Source of the DNA: Candidatus Scatovivens sp.
Lineage (GTDB): Bacteria; Bacillota; Clostridia; TANB77; CAG-508
Assembly (NCBI GenBank): GCA_045646345.1
Contig: JAZRKN010000005.1
Location: 32,001 to 96,000 of the forward strand
DNA: 64,000 bases
Direction: 5' to 3'
Part shown: positions 30,677 to 40,399 of the stretch, piece by piece
Layout: each line of letters starts with the position of its first letter
Position numbering within the stretch: position 1 is the stretch's first letter
Notes under the pieces: model-generated
The model's database searches: none
Seen by the model: only the letters and a program-made list of their open reading frames with translations
What the model was told of the DNA's origin: nothing
Made by a program: the position numbers and the translations under genes

Positions 30677-33600
30677 ATGAAAGTTTTATTTGCGGTTAAT
30701 AGTGAGAAAATTTCTGAAGCGATTATTAAGAAATATCAAAAAGATTATAAAGAAATTCTTTCTTATAAGAATGTATATTACTTTAACGCAATATTAAAAG
30801 AGATACAAAAAGATAAAAGTTATGATAGAATAATTATACATGAAGAATTAGAGTCTTTCTCTAATAACAATTATGATGCAATAGATAAATTTATCTTTGA
30901 AAAACTTGATGATATTAGCGATGAAGCACAAGATATAGATGGAAATGAAACATCTATAATTTTTCTTTGTGCCAATAGACGTACAAAAGGTAGTTCATTT
31001 TTAGTTAAATTATTTGGAATTGGAATTTACAATGCTATTTTAGCTAGTGACCAAAGTGTTGAACAAATATGTAAATTAATTAACAAACCAAAACTAAAAA
31101 AAGAAGCTAAAATGTATTACCAAATAGATTCTGATGAAGTTAATTATTCTAATAAAAGTTCAGAAGAAGTAAGTGAACTTGAAATTCAAAATATATTAAC
31201 TCACTTCAAAAAATTAGGAAAAAATACAGATAAATTTGCTGATAGCTTTAATAATATAGCTTCACAATACACAGACGATCAATTAAAAATTATTGTTAAT
31301 TGTTTACCAAACAATGTAAAAGTTGTTCTTGAAGATGATTGTAAAAAATATCAAGAACTAATGTCTGGTGAAGGTGGAATAAAAAAAGTAAATAGAGGCG
31401 AAAGTATAAACAGAGAAGCTAGAAAACAAGCTGGAATAAAAATAGATCTTATAGAAAATAAAATGAATACTAATAAAATGTCTGGACCTATAGTTATACC
31501 ATCTTCTGTTAGAACTTCAAAAAATAAAGGACCAGCTCCAGTTAGACCTATGGGTAATAATATAGAAATACCTACAGTAAAATCAGGAGAAGAACGAACA
31601 AAGAAAATTGTAAAAAAATCTGAATTACAACAAATGAAATCTGGTATAGCACAAGCTAAGCCTGTTAGACAAGAGGGAATTGGTGGACAAAAAGTTGCGG
31701 TTCAACCAAAAACAAATCCAGTAGCTACAGAAAAAACTGTATCAAAAGTGGCTCCAGAAAATAGAGTTGCAAGACCAGTAGCTCCTCAAGTAAAAAAAGA
31801 GCAAGTGCCACCAATAAACTTGAGTAAAACACCAAAAGCTGTTGTTACAGATCCAGCTGAAAAGAAAGGTAGAGGAAGACCAAAAAAAGTCGAACCTCAA
31901 ATTATAGAAGAAGATGAAGATTTAGATGATATCATGTTACCAGGAATGATTGAAGATTTCGAGGATGACGAATTGATATTACCAGAATCTCAAGCGCCTT
32001 CTTTTGAAGAAGATTTATTATCAGACATGGAAGATGATTCTTTAGAAAGTGAAGAAGAATTCTTACCAGGAATGATTGAAGATTCATTAGAAGAGGACGA
32101 AGAATTTTTACCAGGAATGGAAGAAGATTCATTAGAAGAAGATGAAGAATTCTTGCCAGGAATGGAAGAAGATTCATTAGAAGAAGACGAAGAATTTTTA
32201 CCAGGAATGGAAGAAGATTCATTAGAAGAAGATGAAGAGTTTTTACCAGGAATGGAAGAAGATTCATTAGAAGAAGACGAAGAACTATTACCAGGAATGG
32301 AAGAAGATTCATTAGAAGAAGACGAAGAATTTTTACCAGGAATGGAAGAAGATTCATTAGAAGAAGACGAAGAATTTTTACCAGGAATGGAAGAAGATTC
32401 ATTAGAAGAAGATGAAGAATTCTTGCCAGGAATGGAAGAAGATTCATTAGAAGAAGACGAAGAACTATTACCAGGAATGGAAGAAGACTCATTAGAAGAA
32501 GATGATGAATTTATTCCAGACATGGAAGATGATTTTGATGATGATTTCCTACCATCTATGGGCGATGATTTTGAAGATTTTGAAGAAGATACATTACCTG
32601 TAATGGAAGAAGAATTCGAAACAGTTGATGAAACCTTACCAAGTGCTGATGAAGTGATTGAAGAAGTGGAAGAATATACCGAAGAAGTTGCACTACCAGG
32701 ACTTGATGAATTAGATGATTTAGAAGATATTGAAGCGTCTAATGAAACAAGTATAGATGAAATATTACCAGGTGTTGGTGATGATTTTGAAGGTGAAGAT
32801 GATGACTTATTAGCAGGATTTGAAGGTGATGATTTTAATGTAGAGCCAGCACAAGCAAATCAAGTAAATAAATCAACAGAAATAGAAAGTATCAAACCAA
32901 AAGTTGATTATTCAATGTCAAGTTTAAATAGTTTATTAACTAAGGATAAGAAGATAGTAACTTTTGTAGGAACAAGTAAAAATGGAACATCATTCTTAAT
33001 TAATACATTAGCAGCATTGTTCGCTTCATTAGGAATAAATACTGCAATTTTAGATATGACAAAAAATAAAAATTCTTATTACATTTATACAAATAATGAA
33101 GAAGAATTAAGAAATATTGCATATAATTCAATTAGTAAATTACAAAAAGGATTTGCAGAAGGAATAAAAGTTGGTAAAAACTTAAGTATTTATACAGCAT
33201 TACCAAATGATGGAAAAGATTATTCAGATGCTGAACCAATCTTATCAACATTAGTTCAAAACCATTCATTAATTTTAATAGATTGTGATTTTGATACTGA
33301 TACATCATATTTTGCAAGTTGCCAAGAAATTTATTTAGTACAATCAATGGATATATTAACAATCCAACCACTAACAGCTTTCTTAAGAAAGTTAAAAACA
33401 GAAGGTGGATTAGAACCAGAAAAAGTTAGAGTTGTAATAAATAAAGAATTAAAAGTTAGAAGTTTAACAACAAAAGCTATAATTGCTGGTATGTCATTTT
33501 ATAATGATCCATCAATGTCATTTATGACAGAACTATTTAATAAAGATTTAGTTAAAGCTTGTAGTATACCATTTGATGAAAGTGCATATTCTAAATATTT

Positions 33601-33802
33601 AGATGCTATGGTAAATTGTAATGTATCAATAAATGGATATTCAAAACAATTTATGAGCAAATTAAGAAATTTAGGAGATATGGTATATCCATTAGTTGGT
33701 AAATCAACATATGGAGGAACAGCTTCACAAACAAATTATGGAAAAAATAACTTTTCAAGTACGACAAATAAAACATTAAATCAAATGAAGAAAAAATATT
33801 AA
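30677..33802 (+). CDS. Large multidomain protein: receiver-like N-terminus, AT-hook, acidic tandem repeats, MinD/ParA/CpaE-like C-terminus
   Basis: MKVLFAV...YDRIII; KKGRGRPKK; (LPGMEEDSLEEDEEF)x10; KIVTFVGTSKNGTSF, AILD, LILIDCD, VVINK. Confidence 0.7.
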   Translation: MKVLFAVNSEKISEAIIKKYQKDYKEILSYKNVYYFNAILKEIQKDKSYDRIIIHEELESFSNNNYDAIDKFIFEKLDDISDEAQDIDGNETSIIFLCANRRTKGSSFLVKLFGIGIYNAILASDQSVEQICKLINKPKLKKEAKMYYQIDSDEVNYSNKSSEEVSELEIQNILTHFKKLGKNTDKFADSFNNIASQYTDDQLKIIVNCLPNNVKVVLEDDCKKYQELMSGEGGIKKVNRGESINREARKQAGIKIDLIENKMNTNKMSGPIVIPSSVRTSKNKGPAPVRPMGNNIEIPTVKSGEERTKKIVKKSELQQMKSGIAQAKPVRQEGIGGQKVAVQPKTNPVATEKTVSKVAPENRVARPVAPQVKKEQVPPINLSKTPKAVVTDPAEKKGRGRPKKVEPQIIEEDEDLDDIMLPGMIEDFEDDELILPESQAPSFEEDLLSDMEDDSLESEEEFLPGMIEDSLEEDEEFLPGMEEDSLEEDEEFLPGMEEDSLEEDEEFLPGMEEDSLEEDEEFLPGMEEDSLEEDEELLPGMEEDSLEEDEEFLPGMEEDSLEEDEEFLPGMEEDSLEEDEEFLPGMEEDSLEEDEELLPGMEEDSLEEDDEFIPDMEDDFDDDFLPSMGDDFEDFEEDTLPVMEEEFETVDETLPSADEVIEEVEEYTEEVALPGLDELDDLEDIEASNETSIDEILPGVGDDFEGEDDDLLAGFEGDDFNVEPAQANQVNKSTEIESIKPKVDYSMSSLNSLLTKDKKIVTFVGTSKNGTSFLINTLAALFASLGINTAILDMTKNKNSYYIYTNNEEELRNIAYNSISKLQKGFAEGIKVGKNLSIYTALPNDGKDYSDAEPILSTLVQNHSLILIDCDFDTDTSYFASCQEIYLVQSMDILTIQPLTAFLRKLKTEGGLEPEKVRVVINKELKVRSLTTKAIIAGMSFYNDPSMSFMTELFNKDLVKACSIPFDESAYSKYLDAMVNCNVSINGYSKQFMSKLRNLGDMVYPLVGKSTYGGTASQTNYGKNNFSSTTNKTLNQMKKKY
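32063..32512 (+). repeat. 45-bp in-frame tandem repeat, 10 units
   Basis: Unit TTACCAGGAATGGAAGAAGATTCATTAGAAGAAGAYGAAGAATTT starting at 32063, 32108 ... 32468; degenerate copies on both sides. Confidence 0.97.
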
Positions 33803-33821
33803 AATATAGGGGTGAATTGTT

Positions 33822-34958
33822 TTGGTAATAGCAATAATCGCAATCTTAGTTGTAATAATAGGACTTCTTATAATGTATAACGTTCATATTCAAAAAAAGA
33901 TTGATACTTATAACAATATAAATCAACAAATAAGTAATCTATCTGTTTTACAAGATTTTATGAAGGTTGCAGGAGAAGAAGATTCTGTAGAAGCTAAGTT
34001 AAATAAAATTAATGAAATAGTTATAGAGCAATATGATATAAAATATTCTACAATAGTAGTTTTTGATGGTGCAGAATATGTAATAAAAGCAACAAACGTA
34101 GATAAATTACATCATGAAACTCTAACTAATTTACACAACGAGGAAATTTTCCAAGATAGTGTTGCCACAGCAACCCCTAAATATATAACAATAGAAAATG
34201 AAAATGAAAAGCTTCCATATCAAAAAGTAGAAATGGGAAGAGCTAAATCAGCAATGTTTTTCCCACTATATATAGACAATATTTATATAGGATATTGGAT
34301 TATGGAAAGTGGAAGAATGCATGCATTTGATAAAACTGATACAACTATAATTGAAGTTGTAAAAGATAATATAATTTCTGTGTTATCTACAATCTCTTAT
34401 CAAGATGCTATGGAAAATATTGTTAGAACAGATAAATTCACAGGATTATTTTCTGCAGAATATTTATATAGTAAAGCAAAAAGAACATTTGATAAATATC
34501 CAACTTCAGCAGTTTGTATGTTTAAAGTTACAAATATCGAAGAGATAAATGAAAAAGCTAGTAGACAAATTGGAAACGATATAATTACAGAAATTAGTAA
34601 TATAGTAAAATCTAAAATGGCTGCTCAATATGTTTTTGTAAGATATATGGGACCTAAATTTGTAATTGTATTTTCTGGAGTTGAAGAAACAAGTGTTGAA
34701 GAATTCTTAAAAGAATTAAAACGCGAAATGGAAGAACTTGAGATTGTTGAAGAGGCAGAAGAAGTTCAAGTAGTAAAAGTAATTAATGGCAAAAAAGTAA
34801 GAGTTAGAGAACTAAAAGAAGAAAAATCAGCATCTCCAAAAATCAATTTTGTAGTATCAACATATTACAAAGGTACAGGAATTGAACAATTAAATAAAAA
34901 ATTAGAAGAATATTTAGATTCAGTTGATAAATCTGAAAATCAAATTAATTATATTTAG
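33822..34958 (+). CDS. TM-GAF-degenerate GGDEF protein
   Basis: N-terminal TM; GAF (SAMFFPL..IG); DKFTGL, IGNDII, RYMGPKF in place of RYGGEEF. Confidence 0.8.
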   Translation: MVIAIIAILVVIIGLLIMYNVHIQKKIDTYNNINQQISNLSVLQDFMKVAGEEDSVEAKLNKINEIVIEQYDIKYSTIVVFDGAEYVIKATNVDKLHHETLTNLHNEEIFQDSVATATPKYITIENENEKLPYQKVEMGRAKSAMFFPLYIDNIYIGYWIMESGRMHAFDKTDTTIIEVVKDNIISVLSTISYQDAMENIVRTDKFTGLFSAEYLYSKAKRTFDKYPTSAVCMFKVTNIEEINEKASRQIGNDIITEISNIVKSKMAAQYVFVRYMGPKFVIVFSGVEETSVEEFLKELKREMEELEIVEEAEEVQVVKVINGKKVRVRELKEEKSASPKINFVVSTYYKGTGIEQLNKKLEEYLDSVDKSENQINYI

Positions 34959-34970
34959 GAGGTAAAGAAT

Positions 34971-35225
34971 ATGGCTATAGACAAGACAATGAGTTTTAAA
35001 GTAGATAAAGATAAGGCCTTAAGAGCTAAAGAAATTTTAAAAGAAGTATACCAAGCGTTGGTAGAAAAAGGGTACAATCCAATTAACCAAATTGTTGGAT
35101 ATATTTTATCAGGAGATCCTACTTACATTACTAGCCATAATGATGCTAGAAATTTAATAAGATTAATTGAAAGAGATGAACTATTAGAAAAAATGGTTAA
35201 ATCTTATATCGGATTGGAAGACTAA
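34971..35225 (+). CDS. ireB: IreB/ReoM family phosphoprotein (UPF0297)
   Basis: [28 protein letters not shown]. Confidence 0.95.
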   Translation: MAIDKTMSFKVDKDKALRAKEILKEVYQALVEKGYNPINQIVGYILSGDPTYITSHNDARNLIRLIERDELLEKMVKSYIGLED

Positions 35226-35231
35226 TTATAT

Positions 35232-35651
35232 ATGAGAACTTTAGGTATAGATTATGGAGATAGTAGAGTAGGCATTGCTGTAACAGATGCACTAGGGATT
35301 ACTGCGCAAGGATTGGAAACTATAACTCATAATGGTAATGATAAAATTTTACTAAGAAGATTAGATGAGATATTAGAAAAATATCCAGAAGTAGATACTA
35401 TTGTTGTTGGTATGCCATATAATATGGATGGTACAAAAACAATAAGAGCTGAAGTTACAGAAAAGTTTATTCATAAATTAAAATGCAAATATAATAAACT
35501 AAAAATAGAGACAATTGATGAAAGATTAACTACAGTTGCGGCTCATAAAACAATGAATTTTTTAGATGTAAATAAAACTAAAAAAAGAGGTATTGTAGAT
35601 ACGATATCTGCAGTTTATATTTTAGAAATGTATATGAATAAAAATAAGTAA
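35232..35651 (+). CDS. ruvX: Holliday junction resolvase-like / pre-16S rRNA nuclease YqgF
   Basis: LGIDYG..RVGIA, VVGMP, DERLTT, D..SAVYIL. Confidence 0.95.
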   Translation: MRTLGIDYGDSRVGIAVTDALGITAQGLETITHNGNDKILLRRLDEILEKYPEVDTIVVGMPYNMDGTKTIRAEVTEKFIHKLKCKYNKLKIETIDERLTTVAAHKTMNFLDVNKTKKRGIVDTISAVYILEMYMNKNK

Positions 35652-35764
35652 TACGAATAGATTTAAAAAAACTATAAATAATCAAAAAAAGTATTGCAAA
35701 AAGAATATGTTTAGTATATTATATTTTTAGATTTGTATTGATATACAAAGGAAGGAGATAAAAA

Positions 35765-36070
35765 ATGGACGAAAATTTAGAAGAATTAAGCAATATCATA
35801 ATATTAAACGATGAAAATGGAAACGAAGTACAATTTGAATTTTTAGATTTAATAGAATATGAATCAGAAGAATTCGTAGTATTATTACCAGTTCTTGAAG
35901 AAGGACAAGAAGATGATGGAGAAGTAGTAATATTAAAAGTTGATGATTCAGAAGAAAACAGTGATGAAGAATCATATGTAAGTGTTGATGATGAAGAAAC
36001 ATTAACAGCAGTATTTGAAATATTTAAAGAAAAATTCAAAGAAGAATTTAACTTTACAGATGGAGAATAA
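35765..36070 (+). CDS. DUF1292 domain protein
   Basis: Acidic; L.DENGNE..FE.LD; conserved ireB-ruvX-DUF1292 order. Confidence 0.88.
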   Translation: MDENLEELSNIIILNDENGNEVQFEFLDLIEYESEEFVVLLPVLEEGQEDDGEVVILKVDDSEENSDEESYVSVDDEETLTAVFEIFKEKFKEEFNFTDGE

Positions 36071-36220
36071 TATAAAAAAGAGCAGAGTATGCTCTTTTTT
36101 TGTTGCATTTTATTTAATATATGAAAAATAAAGTTTAAGATGTTTTGGTTTATTTATTGAAATTTATGTTAATGTATGATACACTTTTTTTATTAGAGAG
36201 ATAATTAGGAGGATATACAT

Positions 36221-36691
36221 ATGACAAGTTTATTTAGTTATTTACTTACATTTATGGCAGTAATATTCTGGGTTTTTAGAGCGATAGCTACATTACTATA
36301 TCAATTAGAGGTGGATTTCTTTACAACACCTTTAAATGAGACTTATGAAATTATTGTATTATTTGCAACATTACCTTGTTTAATTTTAGTTGTTAAAAGA
36401 AATATTGTAGGAGCCGCAGCATATTTAGGGTTATATGTTGCTTATTTTGGAAATGCTATATATAAAACTATAACAGGAGCTCAAGAATTTGGTTTTACAA
36501 TTGCAAATACTACAGATTTGTTAATAACAAGTGTAGGAATATTAATTGCTTTATTGACATTTTTGGATGTTTTATTTAATAAACATAGAACATTAGGAAA
36601 AGGAAATAAAAAAGGAGATTGGTTTTATACAAACGAAGCATTTGATAGAGAATTTGACGAAAGAGCTGATAGAAATCAATATAAAATTTAA
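36221..36691 (+). CDS. Four-TM membrane protein
   Basis: Hydrophobic helices; AGGAGG RBS; C-terminal DERADRNQY. Confidence 0.75.
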   Translation: MTSLFSYLLTFMAVIFWVFRAIATLLYQLEVDFFTTPLNETYEIIVLFATLPCLILVVKRNIVGAAAYLGLYVAYFGNAIYKTITGAQEFGFTIANTTDLLITSVGILIALLTFLDVLFNKHRTLGKGNKKGDWFYTNEAFDREFDERADRNQYKI

Positions 36692-36843
36692 TTATAAAAA
36701 GCCTTTGGAAAAACCAAAGGCTTTTATATATTTATATAAAAAACAATCTACAACAAGTAGACATAATGTTGAAAATATAATAGACTTTATAATAAATATA
36801 TGATATAATACAAATTGTATTATATTTAGTAGGTGATATATAT

Positions 36844-37176
36844 ATGGAATTAATAATAATTATTGGTGTGATTTTATTAATTTCTTCTTTTTTCAAAAAT
36901 ACAATAGAAGATAAAACTGAAATCGAAATTGAACCAATAAAACAAAACGACGTTAAAAATAAATTAAAAAAAGTTTTATTAGGAATACTGATGTTTATTC
37001 CGTTGTTTATAGTATATTATTTTGGTTTAGCTCTATTTGGTATGATAATATTAAATGTATTTGTAGGACCAGAAAATAGAGAGTGGGTATATAGTATGAT
37101 ATTTGCTATTTCTGCATCACCAATATGTGCAGTAATATCAATTTTAAGAATTTTAAATAGAGGAAGAGATAAGTGA
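36844..37176 (+). CDS. Small membrane protein
   Basis: Three hydrophobic segments; overlaps the rbgA start. Confidence 0.65.
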   Translation: MELIIIIGVILLISSFFKNTIEDKTEIEIEPIKQNDVKNKLKKVLLGILMFIPLFIVYYFGLALFGMIILNVFVGPENREWVYSMIFAISASPICAVISILRILNRGRDK

Positions 37177-38057
37177 TGAGTGAAAATAAAATGAATATTA
37201 ACTGGTTTCCTGGTCATATGGCAAAGACTAGAAGGCAGATTGAAGAAGATTTAAAAATAATAGATGTAGTTATCGAATTGTTAGATGCAAGAATACCTTT
37301 ATCAAGTAGAAATCCAGATATTAAAAGACTGACAAAAAATAAAAAAAGAATTATTCTTTTAAATAAGTGTGATTTAGCCAATGAAACAACAAATAGTAAA
37401 TGGGTAAGTTATTTTTCTAAAGAAGCACCAACAATATTAACAGATTCAAATTCTGGAAAAGGAATAGATAAAGTAACAAAAGCAATTGATAATATAATGG
37501 CTGATGAAATTGCAAAACAAGCTGCTAGAGGAAGAATAAACAAAACAATAAGAGTAATGATTTTAGGTATTCCTAATGTTGGTAAATCATCATTTATTAA
37601 CAGAATTTCTAAAAAGAATTCAACAGAGGTTGGAAATAAACCAGGGGTAACAAAAGCTAAACAATGGATTAGAATTGGGAAAAATCAAGAATTATTAGAT
37701 ACTCCAGGTGTATTATGGCCAAAGTTTGAAAGTGATGAAGTAGGTTTAAATTTAGCTTTTACAGGAACAATAAAAGATGATATTTTAGAAAGAACAGAAA
37801 TTGCATACGAACTTTTAAAAATATTATATGCAAATTATAAAGAAAATTTAAAAGAAAGATATAAATTAGCTGACGAAGAATTAGTTGAAATTGATAAAAA
37901 AATGAATCCAATATATGAGCTTATGCAACTTATAGCTAGAAAAAGAGGGGCTATAGTTTCAGGTGGAAATACTGATGATGAAAAAGTTGCTAGAATTATT
38001 TTAGATGATTTTAGAAATTGTAAAATTGGAAAAATAAGTTTAGAGGAGCCAAGATAG
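37173..38057 (+). CDS. rbgA: Ribosome biogenesis GTPase RbgA/YlqF
   Basis: WFPGHMAK, NKCD, GIPNVGKSS, DTPG. Confidence 0.97.
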   Translation: MMSENKMNINWFPGHMAKTRRQIEEDLKIIDVVIELLDARIPLSSRNPDIKRLTKNKKRIILLNKCDLANETTNSKWVSYFSKEAPTILTDSNSGKGIDKVTKAIDNIMADEIAKQAARGRINKTIRVMILGIPNVGKSSFINRISKKNSTEVGNKPGVTKAKQWIRIGKNQELLDTPGVLWPKFESDEVGLNLAFTGTIKDDILERTEIAYELLKILYANYKENLKERYKLADEELVEIDKKMNPIYELMQLIARKRGAIVSGGNTDDEKVARIILDDFRNCKIGKISLEEPR

Positions 38058-38453
38058 ATGGAATTTATTAAAAGAGAAAAAGATATTGATGAAGCGAAAT
38101 TACTTTCTCCACTAGTTTGGGCATATGTTGGGGATAGTGTATATGAACTTTTTGTAAGAACTAAATTAACTAATAAATCAAATGCTAAACCTCATAAATT
38201 ACATATTGAATCTATAAAATATGTTAAAGCGAAAGCGCAAGCTGATATATTAAAAAAGATTCAAGATAAATTAACTGATGACGAAAAAGACATTGTAAGA
38301 AGAGGAAGAAATACAGAAAATCACCATGTTGCAAAAAACGCTAATGTAGCAGATTATAGCCAATCTACAGGATTTGAAGCACTAATTGGATTTTTATATT
38401 TAACAAGGCAAGATGAGAGATTAGAAGAAATTTTAAATATGTGTATAGAATAA
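38058..38453 (+). CDS. mrnC: Mini-ribonuclease III
   Basis: AYVGDSVYEL, RRGRN, STGFEALIG. Confidence 0.94.
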   Translation: MEFIKREKDIDEAKLLSPLVWAYVGDSVYELFVRTKLTNKSNAKPHKLHIESIKYVKAKAQADILKKIQDKLTDDEKDIVRRGRNTENHHVAKNANVADYSQSTGFEALIGFLYLTRQDERLEEILNMCIE

Positions 38454-38498
38454 ATAAAAACCCCATCAATTTCATGATGGGGTTTTTATTTTATTAAA

Positions 38499-39200
38499 TT
38501 ATTCAAATTCTCTATCATCTGATGTTTTTTCTGGTTGTTTAAAAGCTATAATATTTGCAGTTGGAGTCGGTTGAGAAACTTGGGCTGCAAATTCTTCTCT
38601 TCTTTTATCATTTTTTTCATCTATAGGTTTTTGGTTTACATCATAATTTAATAATTCTTTATTTAATGCATCTACTTCTTTTTTGGCATGTCTTGCCAAT
38701 GGATCTTTTTTAAATGCTCTTTTAAATTTTCTACCATTAGTTACATGCATAGAATCATATTCTGCAGATGGTGGTGCTGGTTTAATATTTTCTATACACT
38801 TTGCGACGTGTTCCATTAAATGGTTAAAATCTTCTGGACTATACATTAGTCTTGCATATTCTAGAATTTCACCAATTTGCAGCTCAAACATCATATTATT
38901 TCCAATAACAGTTTGATTTAAGATTTCTCCATTTTTCTCTACAGTGATTCTTGCAGCTCTATAAGCAATCTCGTAGTCTGAAAGAGACATTGTTTCTACT
39001 TTTACATGTTTTCCACTTTCAGTTTCATGCTCAACAGTTGGTAAATGTTTAGCATAATCAAAGTCAGGTGGATATAACCATGAATTTAAATGGTCACTAG
39101 CAGCTCTTTCTGGAGTTTTAAACTCGGATTTATGTTTTTCTGGAATTACAGGATCGTTTTTAAATTTTGAATGTATTTTTCTTAAATTATTTTCACTCAT
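38499..39200 (-). CDS. Orphan hypothetical protein behind riboswitch-like leader
   Basis: AAGGAGG RBS before ATG 39200; soluble, no recognised motif; low-complexity tail ending SDDREFE. Confidence 0.75.
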   Translation of the reverse strand: MSENNLRKIHSKFKNDPVIPEKHKSEFKTPERAASDHLNSWLYPPDFDYAKHLPTVEHETESGKHVKVETMSLSDYEIAYRAARITVEKNGEILNQTVIGNNMMFELQIGEILEYARLMYSPEDFNHLMEHVAKCIENIKPAPPSAEYDSMHVTNGRKFKRAFKKDPLARHAKKEVDALNKELLNYDVNQKPIDEKNDKRREEFAAQVSQPTPTANIIAFKQPEKTSDDREFE

Positions 39201-39336
39201 AATAAAATTCCTCCTTAAATACAAAAACAAATTTAGATTTATACTAAATTTGTCTATTTATTTTTATATGCATTTAAGGGATACGAGACGTAATCTAGTA
39301 TAAACATTTTTATTTTTATCTTTATCTTTATCTTTA

Positions 39337-39422
39337 GTAAGTCTCATATTTTAAAATAGCACCAGGTACTGATTCCGGTTGTTGATGCCATTCCATACTA
39401 AGTATGGTTATTACTCCCTTAC
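39337..39422 (-). ncRNA. yybP-ykoY (Mn2+)-like riboswitch, copy 1
   Basis: GUAAG-GGAGUA...AAUGGCAUCAACAACCGG...CCUGGUGCUAUU...UGAGAC-UUAC; promoter TTGACT-17-TATACT upstream; terminator 39224-39254 before the RBS. Confidence 0.75.
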
Positions 39423-39613
39423 AAGTATAGTATAACATAGTTGACCATAAAAGTCAAATTATGTAAATGTTTGCGGAGCTATCAATAAAAAGATTTACAT
39501 TTTATGTAAACAGTGATAGAATATAATTAAGATACAAAATATAGCTGCCTTAAATGTACGAAATTCGCATTAAGAGGTTTGCATGCCTCGTGATATAATT
39601 ATCGGAGGAAAAA

Positions 39614-39931
39614 ATGATAGAAGATAAGATATTAAACATTATTATAGTTTTATTTGTGATTTGTGCTTTTTTGGAAATATACAGGGTTAAATCCTTGTGC
39701 TCTGATTATCAGAAGGCAAAAATAAAAGAAGAAACGATATTAATCATTATGTTTATTTTAATGTTGATTTGTTTTGCTTTGGCAATAATTCTACTTTTAA
39801 ATGTCATTTCAGGTATTGATATCGGATACTTGTATGATTCCAATGTTATTTCAAAAAATAATGCTTCAAATCCAAATTTTGTAGCTTATTATGATCCGGC
39901 TACAAAAACGGTTAGGTATCGAGCACAATAA
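39614..39931 (+). CDS. Orphan small two-TM membrane protein
   Basis: GGAGG RBS; promoter TTTACA-17-TAGAAT (39494-39522); terminator 39963-39996. Confidence 0.7.
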   Translation: MIEDKILNIIIVLFVICAFLEIYRVKSLCSDYQKAKIKEETILIIMFILMLICFALAIILLLNVISGIDIGYLYDSNVISKNNASNPNFVAYYDPATKTVRYRAQ

Positions 39932-40169
39932 AAATTAAACTCTATGCAGCTATGTATATCGTGAGCTGAAGGGGCTAACTCTTCAGTTCTTTTTTTGTAA
40001 AATTATTTGAAAATTTGCTGTGCAAAATTATGTGCAGATTCGTTAAAAATGAAAATGACTGAAAAACAATAAAAAATGAGTAAAGTCTTAAACTTCACTC
40101 ATATCAATAAATATAGCAGTTTGGAAAATAATAAAAAAAGATGAAAAAGGTTAACTTTTTCATCTTCTA

Positions 40170-40244
40170 TGGTGACCCCTACGGGAATCGAACCCATGAT
40201 TCCACCTTGAGAGGGTGGCGTCTTAGCCGCTTGACCAAGGGGCC
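40170..40244 (-). tRNA. tRNA-Glu (anticodon CTC)
   Basis: GGCCCCTTGGTCAAGCGGCTAAGACGCCACCCTCTCAAGGTGGAATCATGGGTTCGATTCCCGTAGGGGTCACCA; cloverleaf with encoded CCA. Confidence 0.97.
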
Positions 40245-40399
40245 GTATTTGTCAGCTATTTATTTATAACATATTTTTATTTTTTAGTCAATAACTTAAA
40301 TGATTAAAATTAATAAATAGACTTTAAAAAATAATAGAAATCTTTTTTACCTTGAAAATTGTGTTTGAGTGTGATATAAAAAAATTATGAGGTGATTTT

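Noticed and set aside
32063-32512. Regular direct repeats as a possible CRISPR array
   Set aside because: Head-to-tail 45-bp units with no unique spacers, in frame within a CDS, and no cas genes
31932-32523. Two long minus-strand ORFs (Leu-rich and Ser-rich)
   Set aside because: Shadow frames of the tandem repeat
40170-40244. tRNA as integration site for nearby orphans
   Set aside because: No duplicated tRNA 3' end or integrase seen in the window
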